Positions 10,411 to 20,055 of a DNA stretch of 64,000 bases are shown here, one piece after another. This stretch comes from an uncultured Nitrososphaerales archaeon (GTDB taxonomy: Archaea; Thermoproteota; Nitrososphaeria; Nitrososphaerales; Nitrososphaeraceae). The notes under the pieces were generated by a model. The model searched no databases. It was not told where the DNA came from and worked only from the letters and a program-made list of their open reading frames with translations. The first letter of the stretch is position 1. Each line of letters opens with the position of its first letter. A program made the translations under genes and the position numbers. Where the stretch lies: contig CAVOHZ010000010.1 of assembly GCA_963695855.1 (NCBI GenBank), positions 672,001 to 736,000 of the forward strand, read 5' to 3'.

Positions 10411-11019
10411 TTATATCAGAACTGGTTGACCTTCATGGAACTCATTTTCTTGTGCCTTGTAAATTCGTTTCTTATGTATATGACTAGGTACTTCCGGAAG
10501 CTTGTTTTTGGTATCCTCTTCCATTAAGGATTGTACTTCATTAAGAATGTCCAATGCCTCAGAGTTTACAGGAAAGTGAATAGTATCTGACTGTAAGTTT
10601 AGGCTGGTATTAACCAAAACATCATCAGTTAACGATGACATTTCTGAGAAAAGTAGTTTTGCTTGTGGAACTGTATCAGCTATATCTATCTGAACTTCTT
10701 TTATTGTATTAATCATTGGATTTATTGTATCTAAAATTCCAGCAAATTCGGAAATAGTAGAAAATCTAATAACTGTTCCCTCCAGTGCTATTGACAATTT
10801 TTGTGTTATATTTTTTATTTTCCTAATATTTACCAATTCGCGAGCAATGACTTTAGCGTTACTAGTATCACCGTTCTTTACTTTAATTGCAACTTTAACA
10901 GATAATTCCCTATCAAGCGAGGCGAACCTTTTCTCAAGTATCCTCAGTTTAGCAAGCTGTGTATTAACAACGACGGTTGCATGAGCAAGTCTGTTTTGAA
11001 GCTGGGGATACTTTTCCAC
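10411..11019 (-). CDS. CdvB/ESCRT-III (Snf7 family) paralogue
   Basis: Helical hairpin AKVIARELVNIRK...SIALEGTVIRFST, plus EALDILNEV and LPEVP C-terminal elements. Confidence 0.75.
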   Translation of the reverse strand: MEKYPQLQNRLAHATVVVNTQLAKLRILEKRFASLDRELSVKVAIKVKNGDTSNAKVIARELVNIRKIKNITQKLSIALEGTVIRFSTISEFAGILDTINPMINTIKEVQIDIADTVPQAKLLFSEMSSLTDDVLVNTSLNLQSDTIHFPVNSEALDILNEVQSLMEEDTKNKLPEVPSHIHKKRIYKAQENEFHEGQPVLI

Positions 11020-11116
11020 AACATCGTATTAATTTTCAGGATGTTAACTTTAATGTTAACCAATGTAGACAAATTGATAAAGCATTATAAATTAACAAAA
11101 CAGCACATAGTTTAAT

Positions 11117-11503
11117 TCAGATTTTTTTAATTACTAGACCATGTTTTTCATCGAATCCAACTACCTTTACTTTTGAACCTATTGGTAAATCTGATGGAGA
11201 TTTAATCCCAGGAAGAAAACCAGACACTCTAATAGGAGCACTTTCAAGGGAGAATACTACCCAAGCATAACTCTCTACGTCGTCAAATCCTTCGGGAGGG
11301 ACTGCATGGATCGTGAAAGTAATTACTTTACCAATACCATCCAACTCTACTACATCAAACTTATTATTTTGACATTTAGTACAATAGACCATCGTTTCTA
11401 AAATAAGTGTATTACAATTTCTACAACTTCTAACTAAAATCTTGGAATTTTTTGCAGAAGATATGAATTTCTCTCTTAATGCAGAATTCAGTACATCTTT
11501 CAC
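11117..11503 (-). CDS. DUF35 Zn-ribbon/OB-fold acyl-CoA-binding protein (thiolase partner)
   Basis: CRNC...CTKC and GKVITFTIH..PPEGF; 9 bp downstream of the thiolase. Confidence 0.88.
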   Translation of the reverse strand: MKDVLNSALREKFISSAKNSKILVRSCRNCNTLILETMVYCTKCQNNKFDVVELDGIGKVITFTIHAVPPEGFDDVESYAWVVFSLESAPIRVSGFLPGIKSPSDLPIGSKVKVVGFDEKHGLVIKKI

Positions 11504-11512
11504 TTTACGCGC

Positions 11513-12667
11513 TTACACCTTTTTAAAAATATGAACTGCTGCACTAGCACCTGTAGCTCCAAAATTATGAGTAAGAGCTATTTTGGCATTCTTAATCGTT
11601 CTCTCTCCTGCCTTACCACTAAATTGGTCATATACTTCAACTATTTGTCCTATACCCGTTGCTCCAATTGGATGACCTTTGGACTTTAAACCCCCAGATG
11701 GGTTAATTGGAATTCTTCCTTGTCTTGATGTAGCACCATCCCTGATTTCTTTTACAGCTTTTCCCTTTTGAAAAAATCCTAAATCTTCAACATCTATTAT
11801 TTCCGCTATAGTAAAACAGTCATGAACTTCTGCAAAATCCACATCCGTGGGCGAAATATTTGCCATCTTGTATGCCTGATTTGCAGCAGCAACGGTACTT
11901 GGAATAGTGGTTATTTCTTCTCGTCCTTGGACTGCTGCTGGTGAACCTCCGCGACCAGATCCTATCACTTCTATATATTCTCTGCCACTTTTTTTTGCGA
12001 AATCTTCACTACAAACAATAACTGCTGATGCACCATCAGAAAAAGGACAGCAATCATAAAGTTTCAAGGGAGAAGCTACAACTGGAGAATTTAATACATC
12101 ATCTACTGTTATTCGCTTACGCATATGTGCCTTTGGATTCAATAATCCATTTTCATGATTTTTAACAGCCACAAGTGCCAGATCCTCTTCATTTGCTTTA
12201 AATTTAGTCATATAGGCTCTAGCAATGGACGCAAAAAGTCCAGGAAAGGAAGCACCATTGCCACCTTCATAAAAGAAATCAGAACAGTAAGAAAAGAGTG
12301 TCGTACTCTCTGTCGTTCCGGTGTGAGTAATTTTTTCCACTCCCAGAGCTAAAACACAATCATAAAAGCCAGCGGCAACATTGGCATATGCTTCTCTAAA
12401 CATCACAGACCCAGAACCACATGCAGATTCTATTGTAAGACCAGGAACATGAGATATACCAAGATTACTCATTATGACAGGAGCCATATGTACTTGTTTA
12501 TCAACAACACCGAAAACGTTGGAGATATACCCAGCCTCGATATCTTTTGGAGTAATTCCTGCTGATTCTATTGCATCTACTGAAGCGTTTAATGCTATTT
12601 CAATAATACTTTCATCTAATTTACCATATTTTGTACTACCTGCTCCTAAAATGCAGACTTTATTCAC
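11513..12667 (-). CDS. Acetyl-CoA acetyltransferase (archaeal SCP-x-type thiolase)
   Basis: ESACGSG, SDGASA, EVHDCFT and NPSGGLKSKGHPIGATG motifs. Confidence 0.93.
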   Translation of the reverse strand: MNKVCILGAGSTKYGKLDESIIEIALNASVDAIESAGITPKDIEAGYISNVFGVVDKQVHMAPVIMSNLGISHVPGLTIESACGSGSVMFREAYANVAAGFYDCVLALGVEKITHTGTTESTTLFSYCSDFFYEGGNGASFPGLFASIARAYMTKFKANEEDLALVAVKNHENGLLNPKAHMRKRITVDDVLNSPVVASPLKLYDCCPFSDGASAVIVCSEDFAKKSGREYIEVIGSGRGGSPAAVQGREEITTIPSTVAAANQAYKMANISPTDVDFAEVHDCFTIAEIIDVEDLGFFQKGKAVKEIRDGATSRQGRIPINPSGGLKSKGHPIGATGIGQIVEVYDQFSGKAGERTIKNAKIALTHNFGATGASAAVHIFKKV

Positions 12668-12820
12668 TTTAGTGATTTATTATGTGTATTATAAAAATGT
12701 TAGACTTTATCTATATTGAAAAATAATATTTGTATATAATTTTATCAATCAATGATTAAAGCAAAAAAATAACTTTTTTTATTTTCTACATTTTTATGGA
12801 TCTATTACTTTACTAAAAGG

Positions 12821-12925
12821 ATGTCAAAAGATAACCGTAAAACTTATGCATACAGTGAGAAGAGATCTAGAAGTAAAAAGATTGGAAAATTAGAACGCAG
12901 AATCAGAAAAAAACCAAAGGCGTGA
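12821..12925 (+). CDS. Putative 34-aa highly basic small protein
   Basis: MSKDNRKTYAYSEKRSRSKKIGKLERRIRKKPKA (15 K/R); AAGG immediately before the ATG. Confidence 0.4.
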   Translation: MSKDNRKTYAYSEKRSRSKKIGKLERRIRKKPKA

Positions 12926-12986
12926 TTTCTGATAAAAATATATTTCCAACCTAAAATTTATAAATATTTTTTTTTATTGAAAATTA

Positions 12987-13100
12987 TTGAAAAATAGTAA
13001 TTCAAATGCAAAGAAAACTACAAAAAAAGGGATAGTAATAACAGCAATAATTGTTGTTACGATAATAGCTACTAGTTTTTTAGTGTATTTCATTCCTTAA
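12987..13100 (+). CDS. Putative 37-aa single-TM peptide or truncated membrane protein
   Basis: TTG start, MKNSNSNAKKTTKKGIVITAIIVVTIIATSFLVYFIP. Confidence 0.4.
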   Translation: MKNSNSNAKKTTKKGIVITAIIVVTIIATSFLVYFIP

Positions 13101-13289
13101 ATCAAAATGACAAAAACACAATATTCATTGTAATAATTTTTTTTATCTAGGGAAGCAGAAAGAGAATAGAAATACTAAACAGTTTCCAATAAATTATTCG
13201 ATCTTCTCCGAAGGTACTTATATTTTTTTATTTCGTAAGAATTACATTTAAAAGATCGTAAATTTGATGATAGCAATTAAAAATTCGAT

Positions 13290-14214
13290 CTTTACATTTC
13301 TATACCAACTATATGTCTACTTTTTTACTCGGAAGTCAGTATAGACGATATGGATCAAATTATCCAAAATACGTGATAAAACGTTTGTCTAAACAAAAGA
13401 GAACAAGCTCGATAGGTGCAGCTACAAATTTCAAACATTTAGTAGAAGATAGATTTCTAAAGCTTCTTGTATATAACGAATTATATAACCAACTTCACTA
13501 TCATGATTTTTGATTGACGTAGATCAAAGCAACATATATAGAGATATACAATATGGAACCTCTAGTAAAAAGTTGTATTCCTCTACTTCGAAAATTATAC
13601 CATCGTACACGAACATTAAGAACTGCAGATAGAAGAGGCAGAGAATACTTCCCAGGGTTTAAAGTGTTTGTAGACACAATCTAACAAGAGATACAAACAA
13701 AAAGATAACAAGTAGATAAAAAAATGTTATTCTGGTAAGAAAAGACCTACTGTAAAGACACAAGTGATGGTAAATTCTCATGGAAAGATACTCCGTAATT
13801 CAAAATACAAGAAAGGAAATAAGCATGATTATTCTGTTTACAAACAAGAATAATGATACAATAACACCAACAAATCTAGAAAATTATTATGATCTTGGCT
13901 ATAAAGGGTTAGAAAATGACTTGCCAAATATCAAAATAGTATTACCACTAATAAAGAAGAAACGTATTGGTGAATTCACGAGACAAGTAAAGGGATGCGA
14001 CAAAACATGTTCTAGACAGAAAGTAATTGTTGAACATCTCATATGTAAAGAAATTTGATATTATGGGAAACCGATACAGAGAGATTGAAGTGGTATGCTG
14101 TAATCCTGATATTGTTTCTGGTCTGGTCAATTATCGAATAAAATACTAGCAGATAATCGTAATTTATTTCAATTTTAATTAAGTGTGGATTTATCTAATT
14201 ACGCAAAAGATCTA
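13290..14214 (+). mobile_element. Decayed IS5-like (DDE_Tnp_4 type) transposase relic; boundaries approximate
   Basis: Fragments YDLGYKGLEND, KVIVEH and MGNRYR with many stops; possible right end AATTACGCAAAAGATCTA at ~14197-14214. Confidence 0.7.
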
Positions 14215-14879
14215 ACCAGTAAGAACGAGTAAAAAATTATCTGCCTAAAATTATAAGAACCTATTCCGTCATGTTTTGGATCTTTGCTTAAATATTTTTA
14301 GACCGGTAAGATAAGATATAATGTCATTTTGCATCATGTTGCCAAAGTATTTGTCAGAATGAAAATTTCACAACCATGCAAGAACTTCCAATTTTCCTTC
14401 TTTTGTAGTTTCTTTGTCAAAGTTCTATATCATCATTCTGCATGTAAGCAGGAATTAATTTTGCACTGTCTGGATTTTATAACGTGACATTTTCTTTAGT
14501 GCAGAGTTAATATACGGTCTGTGGAATCTAGGTAAAGACCACATTAGTTGTTAAATTGAAGCATTTCCATCATCATATAATCTTGTTGTATCCTTGCACG
14601 TGATTTCAATTTACTGCTATTCCTTTTTAGGAATTACAACCAATAAAACCCCGTTTATATTATTGATTATTGCTAAGATCGTGTAAGTATCACACCGACA
14701 GAGGGATTTGAACAATAGTCACGATCATGGGTTTATATCTAAAAATTGCTAGAGAAATCATAGACTAATTAAATTAATTAATACATTACTCTAGTGATAT
14801 TGATTTATTATTGTGATAACAACATCTGCAATAGTCTAGAACAAGTCTTTCCATGAATACAATGAATTAGTCCTATCAT

Positions 14880-15002
14880 GTATTTTCCTTTTTTTTGTCA
14901 CTTGTTTTGTTTATATCTACTTACTCATTTTCAATGGTATTTTCCTTTTTTTTGTCACTTGTTTTGTTTATATCTACTTACTCATTTTCAATGGTATTTT
15001 CC
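14880..15002. repeat. Exact 57-bp tandem duplication plus a 9-bp partial third copy
   Basis: 14880-14936 equals 14937-14993, followed by GTATTTTCC at 14994-15002. Confidence 0.9.
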
Positions 15003-15815
15003 ATCAAACACCAATTAAAAACCGTATATATATACCAAAAGCTCTACCCTTCAATCACATTACCATAGTTACCAAGATATTTAGAATCACAGGTTGGTGA
15101 TTACTCTGGATTTTCTAGATAAAAACATTGAATGTATGTTATTCTCAAATTTGCTTTCAAGAAAAAATAATAAAATCTTACGTAGCGGTTGAATCAATCT
15201 TATTAAAAGAAACAGTGAGAAATTCAGAGTCTGTGTCTTGTATTGATTCATCAATTGATTACTAGCCAAGGAACTTAAGATATTACCGAGAGACTGAAAT
15301 TGAATGTTTCTTATTTATTATTAGCGATACTGTTGGAATATTACTATTTTCTTCATTACTATCAGTTACTTTGAATGTAGATTTATCTACTCCAGTCAAC
15401 TTTTTATCATCTCGCGTACAAGTGAGAGTACATATTGGTCAAAATTACTTGCAGTATAATTGCATTTATCTTGGAGGAAAAGATAAAGGAAATTTATAAG
15501 TCAAGTGTCTTGTTAGTTATCATATCATTTAACTAAAATAACTAAATTTTTGAATGTCTATACAGAAAACTAAAAGATGGTGTGATGACATCCATGATGA
15601 CACTCACTTGGACATATGGGTGACTATGTCTTGTTTTATTATTATTTTAATGATATCAACGAATCATATCAATTATATACAAAACGCTAATTGAAATAGA
15701 TGTTGATGTCTTCTGTACTAGTTTGTTGGCTCGGATGTTGTTTCACCAAAAAATCATGCGTCAATAGACTATCTTTATTTGTTATGAAAATGGAATAATT
15801 TTGACCCATCTTCAA

Positions 15816-16043
15816 TTAATTAAAATAATCTTCGACTAGATAACCGCAATCACGGCACTCTAACCAATCAAAAGAGTTGTATGGTAATTCACCATCAATT
15901 AATTCCTCCTTTTTGTAAAGACGTGGACCCAATTGGACAGTAATTCCTTCTTGTTGGCAAAGAGGACACCATTTTGTAGTAAAGGTATGTCTTTTCTCAT
16001 CAGTTCTTTGCAAGTTCTTATATTTCAAATGTATTATCTTCAT
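15816..16043 (-). CDS. Small Zn-ribbon protein (CPLC...CRDC) within the integrated-element relic
   Basis: 75-aa ORF with two CxxC pairs. Confidence 0.55.
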   Translation of the reverse strand: MKIIHLKYKNLQRTDEKRHTFTTKWCPLCQQEGITVQLGPRLYKKEELIDGELPYNSFDWLECRDCGYLVEDYFN

Positions 16044-16424
16044 CGTGTATCTTACTTCCGCGTTTATCTCACATTAACAGATATCCCAAGAGTAATAAAA
16101 TTATATATTTATAAAAATATATTTTCACCTTTCAATTATATTTTAACATTAGATAGATAGAAACTCGAGACTCTTACTCTTACTCTTACTCCAAAGTAGG
16201 AGTACTAGAATCCAAATATATATAATTCAAGACACTAACAAACTTATTTTATAATATAGAATAAATAAAAAATCTGTACTTGTAAAATAATAGATTAATT
16301 AATTAAAATAAAGTAAATTTTAAATCCTAAAATTAATTTTGGAAAAAATTTTTTTGTAATAATCCTGATAATGACTAGCTGATCCATCATACGTCATTTT
16401 CAAACTATGTGTATTTTTTGATTA

Positions 16425-17192
16425 AGATACAAAAAGCCATGAATCCAGATTTTGGCCCTGCAGATGGCCGTTCTGAGGCCAGTCTTTTACATACGGTAAA
16501 CTATCAATAAGAGACAAATTCCTGGACCCTGATTTCCCTTGCTTTATCTCGATTTCTGCGTACTGTTCACCATCTTCAGTGCTTTAAATAGAATATCTTT
16601 TATCTTTAGATTCAAAAGTTCGTGCGCCCTCTCTGCGGTATCTATGGTCATAGCATGATAACAGCGATCTTGTTTTCAGGGAAAGTATTTCAAAAATATG
16701 GAATGTTCTCTTACGTGCAAGAAATCTGAATGGTTGTGTCTTGCCACCTCTTTTTTATTGATGCTCTTGGTTACCTTCACATAGCCGGGAACGATTCTCT
16801 TTTTTGGGTCCTTTTCATGTTGATTATACAAGCACTTAAAGAATGAGTAGAAGATTAACTGTCTGATATTGTGAGATCTTATCCAGTTCTGTTTCTGACC
16901 TTCTGATACCGGTTATTTAAACTATTCAGATAAGATAGAATACCGTCCTTTGTCATATTTGTAAAAGATTTAACAGAATCAAAATGATTAGATATTCAGA
17001 TCAGAACCTTACTTTTTCCATCTTTAGTAAACTCATTGATATTGTATCCTATTTGAGAGTTAGTGATTTAATAGCAGATCAATCTTGCATTTTCTGGATT
17101 TCCCGCGCAAGTTTTCTAGATGCGGTCCTAATGTAAGTCCTTTGCAATGCACTCAAAGATTCGATTCTTCGCTGTATTGTGATGTTATCCAT
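16425..17192 (-). pseudogene. Tyrosine recombinase/integrase pseudogene (frameshifted, C-terminally truncated)
   Basis: Fragments KSFTNMTKDGILSYLNSL, QDRCYHAMTIDTAERAHELLNLKIKDI (catalytic Arg box) and QYAEIEIKQGKSGSRNLSLIDSLPYVKDW; starts ~60 bp downstream of the tRNA-Ser 3' end. Confidence 0.8.
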
Positions 17193-17252
17193 TGCAATTA
17201 CCTTTGAAAAACCAATCTTATCTTATTAAACCGCCGTATGAACCCCGAAGAA

Positions 17253-17351
17253 TGGCGCCGGGAGAGGGATTTGAACCCTCGGGACCATGCGGTCACAGGC
17301 TTTCTTGATGACTTTCCAGGCTTGCGCCCTTCCAGGCTAGGCGACCCCGGC
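17253..17351 (-). tRNA. tRNA-Ser(GGA) with 12-nt intron at 37/38 (17302-17313), long variable arm and encoded CCA
   Basis: GCCGGGG...CAAGC CT GGA A [AGTCATCAAGAA] A GCCTG...GAGGG TTCAAAT CCCTC TCCCGGC G CCA. Confidence 0.93.
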
Positions 17352-17530
17352 ACTAAAATATGCAATAACCTTGAACCAATTTATTTATCCTTCGAAAATA
17401 TAATCTATTGGATGATTGACTGATTTTATTTTTTCGAAAAGTTAAATTTTGGACTGAAGTCAATAAAGTATTTGTATAGATTTTCTCGAGATAAAATAAA
17501 AATATGGCATAAGATGAAAAATAACGGAGA

Positions 17531-17689
17531 ATGACAGGTTTAGAAATATCAGAAAACTGTAAGAAGAATAAACATGTTGATTGTAATGAATGTATGTGTA
17601 ATTGTCACATACCAGGAACAATGGAAAATTTAGCAAAAAAAATTGCTAAATTAGATAAAACTATCCCGGGGATAGGCGAGACCATATAA
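17531..17689 (+). CDS. Putative 52-aa Cys/His-rich metal-binding mini-protein
   Basis: MTGLEISENCKKNKHVDCNECMCNCHIPGTMENLAKKIAKLDKTIPGIGETI; GGAGA precedes the ATG. Confidence 0.6.
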   Translation: MTGLEISENCKKNKHVDCNECMCNCHIPGTMENLAKKIAKLDKTIPGIGETI

Positions 17690-17765
17690 AATCAACTTGT
17701 TTTACTGGGTAGGAAATCGGTATCTTATAGATCACTATTAATGGTAATGATTCAAATAACAAAGA

Positions 17766-18764
17766 TCAAGAATTCCAACCTTTAGGATATGTATTGGGTT
17801 TCATTATTATCCTTTTCATCTTAAATGCAATTCCATTTTTACTTACGGCTATTTGGGGAACAGACATCAGAGATTCTGCTAAACCTACTATTTCTCCTTT
17901 CAAAGTGTACACACCCACCAAGTCTCCAGTATCAAGTTTTTTTGATATTTGTGATATTCCTGGAATTGCCAGTTGTGCACCATGACATAATGCATCTACT
18001 GCGGTATCTCTAATAACCACACAAGGAATTTCAGTTAGACATACCTCTATAGGACTTATTATAATTCGTAATTTTTCTTCATCCTTCTTCTCCTTGTAAG
18101 ACAAATATGCAGAATTCAAATCATGTAGTTTGATCAATCCATTTTTCTCAAAAAAATTACTTACTCTGGTGCGTCGAAGCTCCACCATTGTGGCTCCTGA
18201 ACCTAATACTTCACCGATATCATATATCAATTTTCTTATATAAGTTCCAGCTTGACACAAGATTCTCAAGAGGATAATTCTGTCACCAGATTCCATAAAT
18301 TCTAGTTCATAGATTTTTCTTATTCTAGTCATTCTCTTAACGGAGGAACGTTGTGGAGGTCGTTGGTAAATATCGTCATGAAATTCTCTTAGAACAGACT
18401 CTATCCTTTCTTTTTGTAAGTCAGAATGAATTCTTGCTAATGAATAATATTCTTTCGGACCCAGTAATAAAACAGATAATGCCTTTGTACCTTCTCCTAG
18501 CCCCATTGGTAACAATCCAGTTGCAGCTGGATCTAGCGTTCCGCTATGTCCAGTTTTTTGAATATTCAACATTCTTTTTACCCATGATGCCACCTCATGA
18601 CTGGTTGGTCCGGAAGGTTTATCAATTAATATAATACCATAATCTAGTAATTTATCAAGTGGTCTTTCGAAAGGACTATAGCCATATCTGTCATCGGTGA
18701 CGTTATCACTTAATGTAATCAAATCTTGAAATTGATATAGATTCCTAAATTTCTTTTCAGTCAT
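17766..18764 (-). CDS. cbf5: H/ACA RNA-guided pseudouridine synthase Cbf5
   Basis: DKPSGPTSHEV, GHSGTLDP, GTYIRKL and a PUA domain. Confidence 0.96.
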   Translation of the reverse strand: MTEKKFRNLYQFQDLITLSDNVTDDRYGYSPFERPLDKLLDYGIILIDKPSGPTSHEVASWVKRMLNIQKTGHSGTLDPAATGLLPMGLGEGTKALSVLLLGPKEYYSLARIHSDLQKERIESVLREFHDDIYQRPPQRSSVKRMTRIRKIYELEFMESGDRIILLRILCQAGTYIRKLIYDIGEVLGSGATMVELRRTRVSNFFEKNGLIKLHDLNSAYLSYKEKKDEEKLRIIISPIEVCLTEIPCVVIRDTAVDALCHGAQLAIPGISQISKKLDTGDLVGVYTLKGEIVGLAESLMSVPQIAVSKNGIAFKMKRIIMKPNTYPKGWNS

Positions 18765-18851
18765 TTTCAGTGGTATTTTAAACCTCCCATAATTAATTAT
18801 TTATTGAGTTATTTATTGAGTATTCAGATTATTCAAAATAGTAAATCAAAA

Positions 18852-19445
18852 TTAAATTTTCAGATTTTTGACAATATATTTTGATATAGAAATTAGAGAA
18901 TTGAGATCTAAAAGGTCCGTATCCAATACAAAATCAAAAACTGTCAAATCTTTTCCGAATTCATAACCATAGAGATTATGATATATTCTTACATTATTTT
19001 CATCACGGTGTAATATTATTTCTTTTGCTTGTTTAACATTGAGATCATCTCTTTTAGCCATTCTTCTAATTCTATTACTTCGAGATCCCTTTAACCATAT
19101 TTTTATCGATTCCGGGACAAGCCATGGAAGTGTATAACTTGTAACTATTACAGCTCCATGTCTAACTATTTCAACGAGTTTCCTATCAACCTCTATATCA
19201 AAATATGAATTTGACTCTCTTTCTTCCATGAAGTTTTTTGCTTCATCTGTATCCCACCAATCATTCCCAGATACGGAATATCCTTTTTCTGATGCAAGCA
19301 ACTTGAGAACATCGCCTCCGTTATATTGTCTATATCCCAGTTCTTTTGCCAAAGCAGTAGCAAGGGTTGTCTTCCCTACAGCAGGCCAACCCGAAATTAC
19401 TATACTATTTAGTTTTTTGTTTTCATAGGAAATATAATCATGCAT
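18852..19445 (-). CDS. cmk: Cytidylate kinase
   Basis: SGWPAVGKTT P-loop; conserved position between DUF106 and cbf5. Confidence 0.88.
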   Translation of the reverse strand: MHDYISYENKKLNSIVISGWPAVGKTTLATALAKELGYRQYNGGDVLKLLASEKGYSVSGNDWWDTDEAKNFMEERESNSYFDIEVDRKLVEIVRHGAVIVTSYTLPWLVPESIKIWLKGSRSNRIRRMAKRDDLNVKQAKEIILHRDENNVRIYHNLYGYEFGKDLTVFDFVLDTDLLDLNSLISISKYIVKNLKI

Positions 19446-19446
19446 T

Positions 19447-20055
19447 TCACGTCATACTTGGAAGAGAAGTTTTAGTAAGTTTGGCCACCATACCACTAGT
19501 TCCCAGTGAAGTAATCAGAAACCATCCCCATAAAAAAACTTCTCCTGGAATCGTACAAGCACCTTTTGGTTGCCCTTTATCATCTAGGACAGTATCTATA
19601 GCAACATTGTCAGACGTGCACATTATCCATGGAACATGAAGTGGCGAAAGAGCAACAGTAGAGCCAAAAACTGTAGGGAATACCAAGATCCATAACATGA
19701 ATGAAGGAATCATGTATAATAGCATAGGACGCATCTGTTGTTGTTGCATTTCCATTCCCATTTTTGTCATATATGCTTGCTTTTTCTTTAGTTCACCCAT
19801 CCTTTGTTTATCTTGTTTTTTGATTGCATCCCTATACTCCTTATTGAAGTTTTTTTGTTCCTGCATGACTTTTGTCAGTCTATCAATATCTGTTGTTTTT
19901 TTTCGCAATAGAGCAAATGCAAAATTCAAACCTATAGAAATAAGAGTCGCAATAATCATAGAAGATACCAAATCTGGAAAAATTGGATGCTTTGTATAGG
20001 CGGGTGCCAACCCAGGCATTTGTAAAATTAGATCGCTAATATCCATATCAATCAC
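19447..20055 (-). CDS. DUF106 / EMC3-TMCO1 (Oxa1 superfamily) membrane insertase
   Basis: TM-coiled coil-TM-TM layout, QMRPML, WGWFL; located after adk. Confidence 0.85.
   Translation of the reverse strand: MIDMDISDLILQMPGLAPAYTKHPIFPDLVSSMIIATLISIGLNFAFALLRKKTTDIDRLTKVMQEQKNFNKEYRDAIKKQDKQRMGELKKKQAYMTKMGMEMQQQQMRPMLLYMIPSFMLWILVFPTVFGSTVALSPLHVPWIMCTSDNVAIDTVLDDKGQPKGACTIPGEVFLWGWFLITSLGTSGMVAKLTKTSLPSMT

Noticed and set aside
14880-15002. CRISPR array
   Set aside because: Direct tandem units without spacers; no cas genes in the window
15580-15603. Twin TGATGACA motifs resembling C boxes
   Set aside because: No partner CUGA D box nearby; lies in decayed DNA
17238-17423. 61-aa ORF on the + strand
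   Set aside because: Antisense shadow of tRNA-Ser
17766-20055. Missing L34e and L14e around cmk
   Set aside because: Known lineage-level absence in thaumarchaea
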